Shown: positions 46,753 through 57,295 of the stretch, in pieces | How positions within the stretch are numbered: position 1 is the first letter of the stretch | Layout of the letters: each line of letters begins with the position of its first letter | Assembly (NCBI GenBank): GCA_016209525.1 | Contig: JACQWK010000178.1 | Coordinates: 2,176 to 66,175 of the forward strand | Length of the DNA: 64,000 nucleotides | Direction: 5' to 3' | Source: Verrucomicrobiota bacterium | GTDB taxonomy: Bacteria > Verrucomicrobiota > Verrucomicrobiia > Limisphaerales > SIBE01 | Notes under the pieces: generated by a model | Seen by the model: only the letters and a program-made list of their open reading frames with translations | What the model was told of the DNA's origin: nothing | Databases searched by the model: none | Position numbers and translations under genes: made by a program

Positions 46753-48027
46753 ATGAAGAATTTGAAGAACATCCTCATCCTGGGCGCCGGCACCGCGGGC
46801 ACGATCATGGCTAATCACCTTCGGAAGAAGGTTGACCTCTCAAGTTGGAGAATTCAGATCGTGGACGAACACCCCGGCCACTTCTACCAGCCGGGATTTC
46901 TCTTCATGCCCTTCGGCATCTACACAGAAAAGGACGTGGTCAAACCCAAGCGGCGGTTCATACCGCGCGGCGTCGAATATGTCGAAGCCGCCGTGGAACG
47001 GATTGATGCCGAAAAGAACCGCGTGCGCCTGGCTGATGGCTCGGAGTTGCGCTATGACGTGCTGATCATCGCGACCGGGACTCGCCCGGTCCCCTCCCAA
47101 ACCGAAGGCATGGAAGGCGGCGATTGGCGCAAGCGCGTCCACGACTTCTACACCTTCGAAGGCGCCCGGGCCTTGGCCGCAAAGATGCGCGACTGGAAGG
47201 GTGGTCGGCTGGTTGTCCATATCAGCGAGATGCCCATCAAGTGCCCGGTGGCCCCGCTGGAATTCTCTTTTCTGGCCGACTCATGGTTGCGGGATCAGGG
47301 GTTGCGCGACAAGACGGAGATCGTCTATGTGACGCCGCTTTCTGGCGCGTTCACCAAGCCCATCGCCTCAGGCATTCTGAGTCACTTGCTCGAAGAAAAG
47401 GGCATCCGAGTGCTCAACGACTTCAACATCGCTCGCGTGGACAACGAACAGCACAAGATCGTGTCCTGGGATGAGAAGGAGGTCGATTATGACTTGCTCG
47501 TGACGGTGCCAGTGAACATGGGAGCCGCGATGATCGAACGGTCCGGCTTGGGCGACGAACTCAACTATGTGCCAACGGACAAGCACACTCTTCGATCCAG
47601 GCAGCACAAGAACATCTTCGTGATCGGCGACGCGACCGATGTGCCTACGTCGAAGGCGGGCTCGGTGGCGCACTTCGAGGCCGAAGTTCTCATCCAAAAC
47701 ATCCTGGACTTCATTCGGGGCGATCCGCTCTGTTCGCGTTTCGACGGCCACGCCAACTGCTTCATCGAGTCGGGCCGCGGCAAGGGCTTTCTCCTCGATT
47801 TCAATTACAGCCTGGAACCGGTGCCGGGAAGGTTTCCTTTTGCCGCCTTCGGCCCCCTGGCGCTTCTCGGGGAGTCGCGTCTGAATCACTGGAGCAAGAT
47901 GGCCTTCAAGTGGGCGTATTGGAACCTGCTGCTGAAGGCGCGGCCCATTCCTTTCGTGGATCACAAAATGAGCCTGGCCGGCAAAGAGATTCCGTCCGGC
48001 GCGCTCAAAGCGGAAGCCGCAACGTGA
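46753..48027 (+). CDS. FAD-dependent sulfide:quinone oxidoreductase-like flavoprotein
   Basis: 'ILILGAGTAGT' dinucleotide fold, 'IKCPVAPLEF' Cys motif, 'VIGDATDVPTSKAG'. Confidence 0.8.
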   Translation: MKNLKNILILGAGTAGTIMANHLRKKVDLSSWRIQIVDEHPGHFYQPGFLFMPFGIYTEKDVVKPKRRFIPRGVEYVEAAVERIDAEKNRVRLADGSELRYDVLIIATGTRPVPSQTEGMEGGDWRKRVHDFYTFEGARALAAKMRDWKGGRLVVHISEMPIKCPVAPLEFSFLADSWLRDQGLRDKTEIVYVTPLSGAFTKPIASGILSHLLEEKGIRVLNDFNIARVDNEQHKIVSWDEKEVDYDLLVTVPVNMGAAMIERSGLGDELNYVPTDKHTLRSRQHKNIFVIGDATDVPTSKAGSVAHFEAEVLIQNILDFIRGDPLCSRFDGHANCFIESGRGKGFLLDFNYSLEPVPGRFPFAAFGPLALLGESRLNHWSKMAFKWAYWNLLLKARPIPFVDHKMSLAGKEIPSGALKAEAAT

Positions 48028-48052
48028 TTGAACCGTCAACCTCCATCCGCTT

Positions 48053-48367
48053 ATGTCACAAAAACAGATTGCTGGAACGACCGTGGACGTCAATGTCGAA
48101 GGCTACCTGACCAACCACGCCCAGTGGAACCGCGACGTCGCGGCAGCCCTGGCCAAGGAACTGGGTATCGAGCTGACCGAGGCTCACTGGAAGGTCCTCG
48201 ATTTCATTGACCGTGATTTCAAAGAGAAAGGCGTGGTGCCGGGGATGCGCCGCATGAACAAGGTCGGAGGCATCCTGACGAAAGATCTCTACGCGCTGTT
48301 CCCGGACGGCCCGATCAAGAAGGCGGCTCTCATCGCCGGTTATCCCAAGCCCGCAAGCTGCGTATGA
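48053..48367 (+). CDS. TusE/DsrC/DsvC family sulfur-relay protein
   Basis: 104 aa ending 'GYPKPASCV', with the conserved penultimate Cys. Confidence 0.85.
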   Translation: MSQKQIAGTTVDVNVEGYLTNHAQWNRDVAAALAKELGIELTEAHWKVLDFIDRDFKEKGVVPGMRRMNKVGGILTKDLYALFPDGPIKKAALIAGYPKPASCV

Positions 48368-48432
48368 AGATTTGGACAAATGTTACAGGGAATTGAAGTA
48401 CAGTCCCTCGCCCTTAATCCATCTCCATGAAC

Positions 48433-48496
48433 GTCCCTCTCACCCGTCCTTCGGACACCCTTTCCCCTCCGAGGGGAGAGGGATAGGGTGAGGGGC
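48433..48496. repeat. REP-like hairpin, second copy of the 46561-46623 family
   Basis: See 46561-46623. Confidence 0.8.
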
Positions 48497-48566
48497 CTGG
48501 CTCGGGGGTCATAGGCAGGGATGCATGTCCTTACGAAAGGATTGACACATAGGAAAGGAACCGATC

Positions 48567-49058
48567 ATGTCCGATAAAATCAGCAAAGTCTCCATCATCG
48601 TTTCGCGCGGCTCGCTCGACGGGATTTATCCCGGCTTGATTATGGCCAACGGCGCGCGCATGGAAGGCATCGAAGCCAACCTCTTTTTCACCTTCTTCGG
48701 CCTCTACGGCATCTTGAAGAACTACAACTCGAAAATCAAGATTGCCACCGTCGGCAACCCGGCGATGCGCGTGCCGAATGCCAAGGGGTTCCCGCTCCCG
48801 ACGATCCTCGGCGCGATCCCTGGCATGTCGGCCTTCGCCACTTCGATGATGAATAAGGAGATGGAGAAACTCGACATCCCGCCCGTGCCGGAGTTCCTCG
48901 AGATGATCCATGACGCCGGCGGGAAAATCTACGCCTGCAAGGCCACGGTGGACATGTTCCATCTGACCCAGGACGACTTTTGCGCGCAGGTGGACAAGGT
49001 GCTGACGGTAGGGGAATTCTACGAACTCTCCGCCGGCGCACAGATCATTTTCACGTAG
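48567..49058 (+). CDS. DsrE/DsrF-like sulfur-relay family protein
   Basis: 'VSIIVSRGSLDGIYPGLIMANGA...KIYACKATVDMF' layout typical of DsrE-related proteins. Confidence 0.7.
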   Translation: MSDKISKVSIIVSRGSLDGIYPGLIMANGARMEGIEANLFFTFFGLYGILKNYNSKIKIATVGNPAMRVPNAKGFPLPTILGAIPGMSAFATSMMNKEMEKLDIPPVPEFLEMIHDAGGKIYACKATVDMFHLTQDDFCAQVDKVLTVGEFYELSAGAQIIFT

Positions 49059-49076
49059 GCGAACAAAAACTTTCCC

Positions 49077-50426
49077 ATGTGTGCATTTGCCTCAATGCGT
49101 TCGCTGGCCGGATGGTTCGTGTTTGTTTTCGTTGGCGCTCTCCAGCTTCACGCGGCCGAACCTTGGACGCTGGAACGTGCGATTGGCTACGCGATGACGA
49201 ATAGTCCCGACGCGCGCATCACGCAGAAACGCATCGCCGCCGCCCGCGCCGGCCTCGAACAGGCCAACGCGGCCCTCTGGCCGCAACTCCAACTGCAATC
49301 CAGCTATTCGCGGACGGACAATCCGATGTTCGTGTTCGGCAGCATCCTCAACCAGCGCGCGTTCAGCCCGTCGCTCAGTTTCAACGACGTGCCGGACACG
49401 GACAATCTCAACGTGCGCGGGGTGCTGACCCAACCGCTTTACGCCGGCGGCCGCATCAGCGCCGGACGCGAGGCCGCCAAGGCCCATACCGACGCCGCCA
49501 AGGCCACTGCCGAGGCGGTGCGCAACGCGCTGGCGTTTGAGGTGGCGCGCACATTCCACATGGTGCTCAAGACTCGGGAATTCATCCGCGCGGCCGAGGC
49601 CGGGGTGCGTTCGTTCGAGAACAACCTCGCCATCGCCAGCAACCGCGTTGCCGCCGGCACGGCGCTCAAGACCGACGTGCTCGATATGCAGGTGCGCTTG
49701 GCGCAGGCGCGTGAAGACTTCGTGCGCGCCCGCAACGCCAACGCGCTCTCGGAGCGGGCGCTTCGGAACGTCCTCGGGATCGAAGACGGCGAATTCATCG
49801 TGACCGACACCGCGCCGCTCGTGACCGCGCCCCTCGACGATTTGAAATCTCAAACCTCAAATTTGAAATTCGCCGCCCGCCCGGAGTTGGGCGCCCTCCG
49901 GCAAGCGCAGCGCGCCGCCGAAGCGCGGCTTCGCCAGGCGAAATCCGGCTATCGCCCGCGTGTGAGCGCCTTCAGCAGCCTTGATTACGATTACGGCTGG
50001 AGGACCGACAGCGACGGCAAGAGTTACACCGCCGGCGTGATGGCACAGTGGGATTTGTGGGACGGCAAACTGACCCGTGGCCGCGTAAGTGAGGCGCAGG
50101 CGAACCTCGACGCCCTGCGCGAGGAGGAACGCAAGCTCCGGCTCGCGATTGCCTTTGAAGTCGAGCAGGCTCGCTTGCGGCACAAGGAAGCCACCGAACG
50201 GCTGGCCGTCACCGAAGCCGCCATCGCGCAAGCGCAGGAGAGCGTGGACCTCACTCGTTCCCGCTTTGAGCAAGGCTTGATGATTTCCACGCAGCTCATC
50301 GACGCGGAGACCGCGCTCATCGCCGCTCGCGTGCGCCGCGCGCAAGCGGAAGGCGATCAGCGCATCGCCGTCGCCGCGCTTCGTCAGGCGCTGGGTCTGC
50401 CGCAACTCGAATCGAATCACCCGTGA
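49077..50426 (+). CDS. TolC-family outer-membrane efflux protein
   Basis: Signal peptide, then two repeats each starting '..L.LERAIGYAMTNSPD' / 'ARPELGALRQA', with long coiled-coil segments. Confidence 0.9.
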   Translation: MCAFASMRSLAGWFVFVFVGALQLHAAEPWTLERAIGYAMTNSPDARITQKRIAAARAGLEQANAALWPQLQLQSSYSRTDNPMFVFGSILNQRAFSPSLSFNDVPDTDNLNVRGVLTQPLYAGGRISAGREAAKAHTDAAKATAEAVRNALAFEVARTFHMVLKTREFIRAAEAGVRSFENNLAIASNRVAAGTALKTDVLDMQVRLAQAREDFVRARNANALSERALRNVLGIEDGEFIVTDTAPLVTAPLDDLKSQTSNLKFAARPELGALRQAQRAAEARLRQAKSGYRPRVSAFSSLDYDYGWRTDSDGKSYTAGVMAQWDLWDGKLTRGRVSEAQANLDALREEERKLRLAIAFEVEQARLRHKEATERLAVTEAAIAQAQESVDLTRSRFEQGLMISTQLIDAETALIAARVRRAQAEGDQRIAVAALRQALGLPQLESNHP

Positions 50427-50433
50427 CTCGCCT

Positions 50434-51573
50434 ATGAAACCCGCATGTCGAAAGACGAATGCCAAACGAATGATGAAGCTCGAAATCCAAAAGCCCTGGC
50501 GGACGCCTCCGATTCGTCATTGGACACTCGGATTTCTTTCGTCATCCGCGATTCGTCATGCGCTATTCGGCGCCGCCCTGGCGGCAGCGTCTCTCCTCCT
50601 CGGCTGCCGCGGCGAACGCGGCAAATCAGCGGCCGAACCGAACCTTCCCGCCGCGGCTGTGCGTGCGCAAACCGTCGAAGCGAAGAAGCATGTCGTCACG
50701 GAAGAAACCGTCGGAACGGTGCGCGCCAAACTCCAGGCCCGCCTCGAAGCGAAAGTGCCGGGCCGCATTCAGGAAATGCGCGCGGTGCCCGGCCAGTTGG
50801 TCAAGGCCGGAGAACTTCTCGTGCGCCTGGACGCGCAGGAGATTCACGCCAAGCTCGACCAGGCCCTTGCCGTGCGACAACAAGCCGAGAGCGATTTGAA
50901 ACGCTTCACCGCTCTGCTCGATCGCGCTGCCGCCACCCAAGCAGAGTTCGACGCCGTTCAGGCCCGCGCGCGCGTGGCCGAGGCTGCCGTGAGGGAGGCG
51001 CAAACCATGGTGAGCAATGCCGAGATTATGGCCCCGTTTGCCGGCGTGGTGACGCGGAAGCTGGCTGACGTGGGCGACCTGGCCGTGCCCGGCAAACCGC
51101 TCTTGGACCTGGAAGACCCGGCCCACCTGCGGCTCGAAACGGACATCTCCGAAGCCATCATTGGCGCGGTCAAGTTGGGCGCAACTATGCCGGTGGGCGT
51201 TTCCGGCGGCGCCGGCGAACTGCAAGGCGCCGTGAGCGAAATCGCTCCGTCCGCCGACCCAAATAGCCGGACTTTCCGCGTGAAACTCGACCTGCCCTCT
51301 GCGCAAGGCTTGCGCGCGGGCCAGTTCGGCCGCGTGGCTGTGCCGGTCGCGGAAACCACCGCCTTGCGCGTGCCGGCTTCCGCCCTCGTGCAGCGCGGGC
51401 AGCTTCATTTGGTCTTTGTCGTTTCCGACAAACGCGCCGTGATGCGGCTGGTGAAACCTGGCAAACGCATCGGCGAGGAAGTTGAAATCGCCTCCGGACT
51501 GTCGCCCGGAGAGAACGTCGTGATTGAGAACGCCGCTTCGCTCCTGGACGGCCAACCGGTGGAGACGAAATGA
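50434..51573 (+). CDS. RND efflux periplasmic adaptor lipoprotein
   Basis: Lipobox 'LLLGC'. Lipoyl and beta-barrel motifs 'VKAGELLVRLD' and 'APFAGVVT'. N-terminal ~25 aa are encoded by a 'cgaaatcc' repeat element. Confidence 0.85.
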   Translation: MKPACRKTNAKRMMKLEIQKPWRTPPIRHWTLGFLSSSAIRHALFGAALAAASLLLGCRGERGKSAAEPNLPAAAVRAQTVEAKKHVVTEETVGTVRAKLQARLEAKVPGRIQEMRAVPGQLVKAGELLVRLDAQEIHAKLDQALAVRQQAESDLKRFTALLDRAAATQAEFDAVQARARVAEAAVREAQTMVSNAEIMAPFAGVVTRKLADVGDLAVPGKPLLDLEDPAHLRLETDISEAIIGAVKLGATMPVGVSGGAGELQGAVSEIAPSADPNSRTFRVKLDLPSAQGLRAGQFGRVAVPVAETTALRVPASALVQRGQLHLVFVVSDKRAVMRLVKPGKRIGEEVEIASGLSPGENVVIENAASLLDGQPVETK

Positions 51574-51659
51574 AATCCGAAATCCGACGGTCGAGGACCA
51601 ACAGGAGTCGAGACAGCGAAGAGGTTCGAGAGCCTTCGCGTTTCCCGCGAGTGAACGTG

Positions 51660-51863
51660 TTATTGCTGGATGACTTCAGCGATGCTGTCCAAGTCAAGCA
51701 TTGTCCAGTCGGAGTCGCCGAAGTAGAAAATGACCCGATAATCCTTAGGCGCAGCAAAATTCCTCGGCTCGCTAAACGTGTATTGTGCGCCGTTATTGAG
51801 ACGGACGGAGAACGGTCGGAAGGGTCGGCGTTCCGCGATATCCTTAATGTCCGCAGCTTTCAT
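51660..51863 (-). CDS. Small (67-aa) hypothetical protein, antisense between the adaptor and pump genes
   Basis: Clean ORF with protein-like composition, 'MKAADIKDIAERRPFRPFSVRLNNGAQYTF...'. No family assigned. Confidence 0.45.
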   Translation of the reverse strand: MKAADIKDIAERRPFRPFSVRLNNGAQYTFSEPRNFAAPKDYRVIFYFGDSDWTMLDLDSIAEVIQQ

Positions 51864-51951
51864 TCCTTAAACGTTATCTTCGTTGCGGAGGAACGACAAC
51901 GCCGAAATCACACAGGACATTTGCATTTCGGCTTTCGGTGTTGCACCTGAT

Positions 51952-54900
51952 ATGAGCGCTTCCCATTCCCATTCGCCGCAAGCCGGGCTTGGCCTTGCCG
52001 GCCGCATCGCGCACGCGTTCATTGACTCGAAGCTCACGCCCCTCATTGTCGTTTCGTCAGTCCTGCTCGGTTTGTTCGCCGTCTTGATGCTGCCGCGCGA
52101 GGAAGAGCCGCAGATCAAAGTGCCGATGATTGACGTCATGGTCGGCATGCCCGGCTTCAGCTCCAAAGAGGTTGAGGAGCGCGCCACGCGCCCGATGGAA
52201 AAGCTGCTCTGGGAAATCCCGGGCGTCGAATACATCTACTCCACATCCCGCCCTGGGGAGTCGCTCGTGATCGTGCGCTTCAAAGTGGGCGAAGACCCTC
52301 AGGAAAGCCTGGTCAAGCTCAGCGAAAAATTGCGCTCAAATTTCGATCGCATTCCGCCCGGCGTCACGTTTCCGCTCATCAAGCCCAAGTCCATTGACGA
52401 TGTGCCCATTCTGGCGCTGACCTTTCACAGCGGCCGCTACGACCATCTCACCCTGCGGCGGCTCGCGGCCCAGGTGGATGATGCGGTGAAGCAAGTTCCG
52501 CTGGTGGCTGAAACGACCGTGATCGGGGGCGCGCGCCAGCAGGTCCGTGTGTTGCTCGATCCCGTCAGGCTGGCCTCGCGCAATCTCACCCCAGCCGGAC
52601 TCGTCCCGATGTTGCGCCAAGCCAACCGGCAATACGCCGCCGGGAATGTCACCGGCAACGATCAGGAAGTCGTGGTTGAAACCGGCGCGTTTCTGAAAAC
52701 GGCGGAGGAGGTGGGCCGCGTGGTGGTGGGCGTGTTCGGCGGAAAACCCGTTTACCTGAAGGAGGTCGCCGACATCGTGGAGGCCGCGGAAGAGCCGACG
52801 CAATACGTTTTCTTCGGCCACGGCGCGGCGAGCCGCAGCGCAGATTCTCAATCTGCCGTATCGCCGATTTCCAATCGGCAGGGCGTGCGACGATCCGGCG
52901 CGCTCGAAGCAGGCCAGGCGTCCGCAGGTTACAAACCTGCAATGCGGCAGATTGAAAATCTGCGCTACGTTGAGGAACCCGCCGTCACGATTGCCATTGC
53001 CAAGCGACCGGGCGCGAACGCCATCTCGGTGGCGAACGAAGTCGTCCGCAAAGTGGACACGCTTAAAGGCTACATCATCCCGAACGATGTAGGCGTGACC
53101 GTCACACGACACGACGGCGAAACGGCCAACGAGAAATCGAACGAACTGCTGTTGCATATGGCGATTGCGGTGATCGGTGTGTCCATCCTCATCGGGCTGG
53201 CGTTGGGCTGGCGCGAATCAGGCATCGTGGCCATCGCGATTCCTGCGACGCTTGCTCTGACCCTGTTGGTATTCTACCTCGGCGGCTTCACGCTCAACCG
53301 CATAACCCTCTTCGCCCTCATTTTCAGCATCGGCATTCTCGTGGACGACGCCATTGTCGTTCTGGAAAACATTGTCCGCCACTTCAACCTGCCGGAGAGT
53401 CGCGGCCGCAATCGCATTGCCGTGGCTGTCGAAGCGGTCGGTGAAGTGGGCAATCCGACCATTCTGGCGACGTTTGCGGTGATTGCCGCGGTGCTGCCGA
53501 TGGCGTTTGTGGGTGGACTGATGGGGCCGTATATGCGTCCGATTCCCATCGGCGCGAGCGGCGCGATGCTGTTCTCACTCGCGGTGTCGTTCATCGTCAC
53601 ACCCTGGGCGGCGGTCAGGATGCTTAAGCCCGAAATCCGAATTCCGAGTTCCGAAAGAAGCCCGAAATCCGAATTCCGAAATCCAATTGGCCGGATTTTG
53701 GATTCTTTTCGGATTTCGAGCTTCGGATTTCTTTCGAGTTTCGGATTTCGATTTTCGGACTTGTACCGGCGCATCATGTCGCCGCTCATTGCCAAACCCT
53801 CCTGGCGGTACGCCGCGCTGACCATCATCGGAGCGCTCACACTCGGCGCGATGGCGACCGTCGCCTTTGGCTGGGTGAAAGTGAAGATGCTACCCTTCGA
53901 CAACAAGAGCGAGTTTCAGGTCATCCTCAACATGCCGGAAGGCAGCTCGCTGGAACGCACGGCTCGGGCCGCGCGCGAAATCGCCGCCGCCATTCGCTCC
54001 GAGCCGGAGGTCACTGATTACGAGATTTACGTCGGCACCGCCGCGCCGTTCAATTTCAATGGACTGGTGCGCCATTACTTCATGCGCCGCGGCGCGAATG
54101 TGGCCGACTTGCAGATCAACCTCGTCAACAAACACGAGCGCGAAGCGCAAAGCCACGACATCGCCAAGCGCGTCCGACCGCGAGTGGCGGCCATCGCCGC
54201 AAAATACGGCGCGCGCGTGGCCTTGGCGGAAGTGCCGCCCGGTCCGCCGGTGCTGCAAACGCTCGTTGCCGAAATCTACGGTCCGAGCGACGAAATGCGG
54301 CTCAAATTGGCCGGAAAGGTCCGGGACATTTTCAAGCAAACCCCCGGCGTGGTGGACGTGGATTGGTATGTTGAAGCGGATCAGCCCAAAACCCGGTTCG
54401 TCATTGACAAAGAAAAGGCCGCGCTTCACGGCGTCAGCGCCGAAAACATTGCGGCGACGCTCCGGCTGGCCGTGGCCGGCGACACACTCGATCTGCTGCA
54501 TCAACCGCGTGAGAAGGAGGACGTAAACATTGTTTTCCAACTGCCACTGGCGGATCGCACGTCGCCGGAAGACTTGTTGGCCTTGCGTGTCCGTTCCGGC
54601 GACGCCAATGCCCTCCCCGAACCGGGGGATGTTCCCGGCGGTCCGCCCCTCGTGCCGTTGCGCGAACTGGTCACCATTGAGCGCACCATCGCGGACAAAA
54701 GCATCTACCACAAAAACTTGATGCCGGTGACCTACGTCATCGGGGATGTGGCGGGCGCGGTCGAGAGTCCCGTGTACGCGATTCAGGCCATGAACATGGA
54801 ATTGAGAAAGCTTGGGGCGGCGGAGTTTGGCGAGCCGTCGGAAGATGGGCAGAAGAGGGGAAAAGGAGAAACGGACAGGGTGACGTCAGACAGCTCTGTC

Positions 54901-55584
54901 TCCTCGGCTCGATCGCCCCTTTTCCCCTCCGCCAACGAAGCGACAGCTCCAAGCATCAGGATTTACAACGCCACCCAGCCGTTCACCGACCGCGAGCCGG
55001 CGCTCAAGTGGGACGGCGAGTGGCATATCACCATGGAAGTGTTCCGCGACCTGGGGTTGGCCTTTGCGGCCGTCCTTGTGCTGATTTACGTCCTCATGGT
55101 TGGCTGGTTTCGGTCGTTCTTGACGCCGTTCATTGTCATGACGGTGATTCCGTTTTCGCTGATCGGCATTCTTCCGGCCCACGGAGGATTGCACGCGTTC
55201 TTTACGGCCACCTCCATGATCGGTTTCATGGCTGGCGCGGGCATCGTCGTGCGCAACTCGATCATCCTCGTGGATTTTATTGAACTGCGCTTGGCGCAAG
55301 GCCTGTCGCCGGCCAACGCCGTGGTGGAAGCGGGCTTGATTCGGTTCCGGCCCATCATGCTGACCGCGATGGCTGTGGTCGTTGGCGCCACAGTCATTCT
55401 GTTTGATCCCATCTTTCAAGGGTTGGCCATTTCCCTGATGGCGGGTGGAATCATCTCGATGCTGATCAGTCCCGTCGCGGTCCCGGTGCTTTACTTCATG
55501 GCCTACAACCGGGACGCAAAAGCAGCGATTACCCCGACTCCATCGCCCGAAAGTCCATCTTCCCCGCAAATCGCGAACGCGTAA
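51952..55584 (+). CDS. RND efflux transporter permease (AcrB/CzcA superfamily) carrying three in-frame repeat insertions
   Basis: 12-TM RND layout: '[26 protein letters not shown]', '[22 protein letters not shown]', '[12 protein letters not shown]'. Start set at the Met at 51952. Confidence 0.9.
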   Translation: MSASHSHSPQAGLGLAGRIAHAFIDSKLTPLIVVSSVLLGLFAVLMLPREEEPQIKVPMIDVMVGMPGFSSKEVEERATRPMEKLLWEIPGVEYIYSTSRPGESLVIVRFKVGEDPQESLVKLSEKLRSNFDRIPPGVTFPLIKPKSIDDVPILALTFHSGRYDHLTLRRLAAQVDDAVKQVPLVAETTVIGGARQQVRVLLDPVRLASRNLTPAGLVPMLRQANRQYAAGNVTGNDQEVVVETGAFLKTAEEVGRVVVGVFGGKPVYLKEVADIVEAAEEPTQYVFFGHGAASRSADSQSAVSPISNRQGVRRSGALEAGQASAGYKPAMRQIENLRYVEEPAVTIAIAKRPGANAISVANEVVRKVDTLKGYIIPNDVGVTVTRHDGETANEKSNELLLHMAIAVIGVSILIGLALGWRESGIVAIAIPATLALTLLVFYLGGFTLNRITLFALIFSIGILVDDAIVVLENIVRHFNLPESRGRNRIAVAVEAVGEVGNPTILATFAVIAAVLPMAFVGGLMGPYMRPIPIGASGAMLFSLAVSFIVTPWAAVRMLKPEIRIPSSERSPKSEFRNPIGRILDSFRISSFGFLSSFGFRFSDLYRRIMSPLIAKPSWRYAALTIIGALTLGAMATVAFGWVKVKMLPFDNKSEFQVILNMPEGSSLERTARAAREIAAAIRSEPEVTDYEIYVGTAAPFNFNGLVRHYFMRRGANVADLQINLVNKHEREAQSHDIAKRVRPRVAAIAAKYGARVALAEVPPGPPVLQTLVAEIYGPSDEMRLKLAGKVRDIFKQTPGVVDVDWYVEADQPKTRFVIDKEKAALHGVSAENIAATLRLAVAGDTLDLLHQPREKEDVNIVFQLPLADRTSPEDLLALRVRSGDANALPEPGDVPGGPPLVPLRELVTIERTIADKSIYHKNLMPVTYVIGDVAGAVESPVYAIQAMNMELRKLGAAEFGEPSEDGQKRGKGETDRVTSDSSVSSARSPLFPSANEATAPSIRIYNATQPFTDREPALKWDGEWHITMEVFRDLGLAFAAVLVLIYVLMVGWFRSFLTPFIVMTVIPFSLIGILPAHGGLHAFFTATSMIGFMAGAGIVVRNSIILVDFIELRLAQGLSPANAVVEAGLIRFRPIMLTAMAVVVGATVILFDPIFQGLAISLMAGGIISMLISPVAVPVLYFMAYNRDAKAAITPTPSPESPSSPQIANA
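52838..52969. repeat. Hairpin-array repeat inside the RND gene (132 nt, in frame)
   Basis: Units 'gcagattctcaatctgc cgtatc gccgatttccaatcggc ... gcaggttacaaacctgc aatgcg gcagattgaaaatctgc', translated '[15 protein letters not shown]...[15 protein letters not shown]'. Confidence 0.8.
53629..53759. repeat. ~130-nt imperfect palindrome of 'ccgaaatccgaa' units inside the RND gene (in frame)
   Basis: Left arm 'cccgaaatccgaattccgagttccgaaa...', centre 'ccaattggccgg', right arm '...tttcggatttcgattttcgg'. Translated '[19 protein letters not shown]...[13 protein letters not shown]'. Confidence 0.8.
54855..54929. repeat. 75-nt palindromic insertion inside the RND gene (in frame)
   Basis: Perfect 12-bp inverted repeat: 'gaggggaaaagg' (54855-54866) and 'ccttttcccctc' (54918-54929). 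Confidence 0.75.
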
Positions 55585-55709
55585 CTTCCTCTCCTCCGCG
55601 GAGTGGAGGAGAGGGCCGGGGAGAGGAGGAGCATTTCCTCCAAGGACGTCTGGCCACGATCACCACACGAGGTTGCCCTCTCCCACTCCTACGTCGTGGG
55701 AGAGGGAAG
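55585..55709. repeat. Two-hairpin REP-like unit (same family as 11677-11800)
   Basis: 'ctcctccgcggagtggaggagagggccggggagaggagg' plus 'ccctctcccactcctacgtcgtgggagaggg'. Confidence 0.8.
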
Positions 55710-55803
55710 AAACAGCGGTGGCAGTCTCAAGATGCACGCCTCCGCCTTCATTGTCTTACACATTCCAGATTGACTTACCAATTCGATTTCGTATCCTCAT
55801 CCC

Positions 55804-56049
55804 ATGCCAACGGCAACGAAGACGGATACGGTTTACTTCTCGGTGAAAGGGCAGGTTGTCATTCCTCGCTGGCTCCGCAAGGAGTTTGAGATCGAGGAAG
55901 GCACCCGGGCCTACGTGCAATCCACTCCGCAGGGCATCCTGATCAAGCCGGTCACCCGCACCTACATCAAGAGCCTGCGCGGCTCGCTCAAGGGCCGCGG
56001 CGTGATGAAGGCGCTCATGGAAGACCGCAAACGCGAGCAGGACCTTTGA
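55804..56049 (+). CDS. vapB: AbrB/SpoVT-fold antitoxin (VapB family)
   Basis: 'VKGQVVIPRWLRKEFEIEEGT' motif. Lies 1 nt before the PIN gene. Confidence 0.8.
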   Translation: MPTATKTDTVYFSVKGQVVIPRWLRKEFEIEEGTRAYVQSTPQGILIKPVTRTYIKSLRGSLKGRGVMKALMEDRKREQDL

Positions 56050-56050
56050 C

Positions 56051-56455
56051 ATGGCCACCAAGGTTCTGGATAGCTGGGCGCTGATCGCCTTCTTTGAGGA
56101 CGAACCGGCGGCGGACGACGTCGAGAAGTTGCTCCAGCAGGCCGCCGACGAGAAGCACAAACTCCTGATGAGCGTCGTGAACTGGGGCGAAGTCTATTAC
56201 AACACCATGCGCGCGGTGTCCCAAGAGGCCGCCGAGCAGAAGGCCCAGGAAATCGCCGCGTTGCCCATCGACATCATCGGCGTGAGCGACGACCTGACGC
56301 TGGCCAGACAAGCTGCCATCTTCAAAGCCACGCACAAGATGTCCTACGCTGACTGTTTTGCCGCCGCGCTGGCCAGGCAAAAGAACGCCGAACTCATCAC
56401 CGGCGACCCAGAGTTCAAGGCGGTCGAGAAGGAAATCAAAATTCAGTGGCTGTAG
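56051..56455 (+). CDS. vapC: PIN-domain toxin (VapC family)
   Basis: 'KVLDSWALIAFF', 'NWGEVYY', 'SYADCFAAALA', 'LITGDPEF' acidic-residue pattern. Confidence 0.8.
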   Translation: MATKVLDSWALIAFFEDEPAADDVEKLLQQAADEKHKLLMSVVNWGEVYYNTMRAVSQEAAEQKAQEIAALPIDIIGVSDDLTLARQAAIFKATHKMSYADCFAAALARQKNAELITGDPEFKAVEKEIKIQWL

Positions 56456-56700
56456 CCGGGAGGGAAGGCGCACCACGCAGACGGAGTCGGCCCAGGGCGC
56501 GCAGGATTTCACGAGCATCAACGTCTGCACGCGGGAAGAGAAGGACGACGTGGGGAAAATCGTCTTGCCTCGACCCTCAGCGAAAATGCCGACGCGCTGG
56601 ACGGTTCGTGAAGGAAAACCAAACCCACGCCTCAGCGAATGACGAGGCCGGAATGAAACCGGCGCTTTCATTGGCATTTGCACTGTGTTAGAAAGAAGCC

Positions 56701-57021
56701 GTGAAAACGCTGGACAAGAACCTGCTTGAAACGGCTACACAACGGCTGGTGGCGGAATTTCAGCCGGAGCAGGTCTGGCTTTATGGCTCGCACGCCTGGG
56801 GCCATCCGCACGAGGACAGCGACGTTGACCTTCTCGTCGTCGTGCCGCACAGCGACGAAACACCCATCCGCCGCTCGCAACGGGCGCGTCGTTGTCTGCG
56901 CGGCCTGCGGATGCCCAAGGATGTGTTGGTGGAGACGCGGCAGGAAGTGGATCGTGTCAAAGAAGTCAAAACCTCGCTCGAAAACATCATCTTGACCCGG
57001 GGGCGGAGGCTGTATGGCTGA
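56701..57021 (+). CDS. Minimal nucleotidyltransferase (MNT) antitoxin-type protein
   Basis: 'LYGSHAWGHPHEDSDVDLLVV' (GS...DxD). GTG start. Confidence 0.8.
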   Translation: MKTLDKNLLETATQRLVAEFQPEQVWLYGSHAWGHPHEDSDVDLLVVVPHSDETPIRRSQRARRCLRGLRMPKDVLVETRQEVDRVKEVKTSLENIILTRGRRLYG

Positions 57022-57295
57022 TCCGGCGGCCTCCGAAGCAAAAGCGTGGATGGTCAAAGCGTGGCGCGACCTGGAAACCGCCCGCCGGGCTGCGGCCGGC
57101 CAGCCGCCTTTCTACGACGTGGCCGTTTACCACTGTCAGCAGGCGGCGGAAAAAGCGGTCAAGGCGTTCCTCGTTCACCACGGCAAGCCTTACGAAAAGA
57201 CGCACGACATCGAAGGCCACCATGTGAACGTCCTCGGCATCGTGCCGAAAGACCGCGCCGACGAGTGGCTGGCCCGATACGGAGAAGAGTTATGA
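57014..57295 (+). CDS. HEPN-domain protein (short)
   Basis: 'AVYHCQQAAEKAVKAFL...KTHDI' contains the R/KxxxxH-type HEPN motif. Overlaps the MNT gene by 8 nt. Confidence 0.7.
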   Translation: MADPAASEAKAWMVKAWRDLETARRAAAGQPPFYDVAVYHCQQAAEKAVKAFLVHHGKPYEKTHDIEGHHVNVLGIVPKDRADEWLARYGEEL

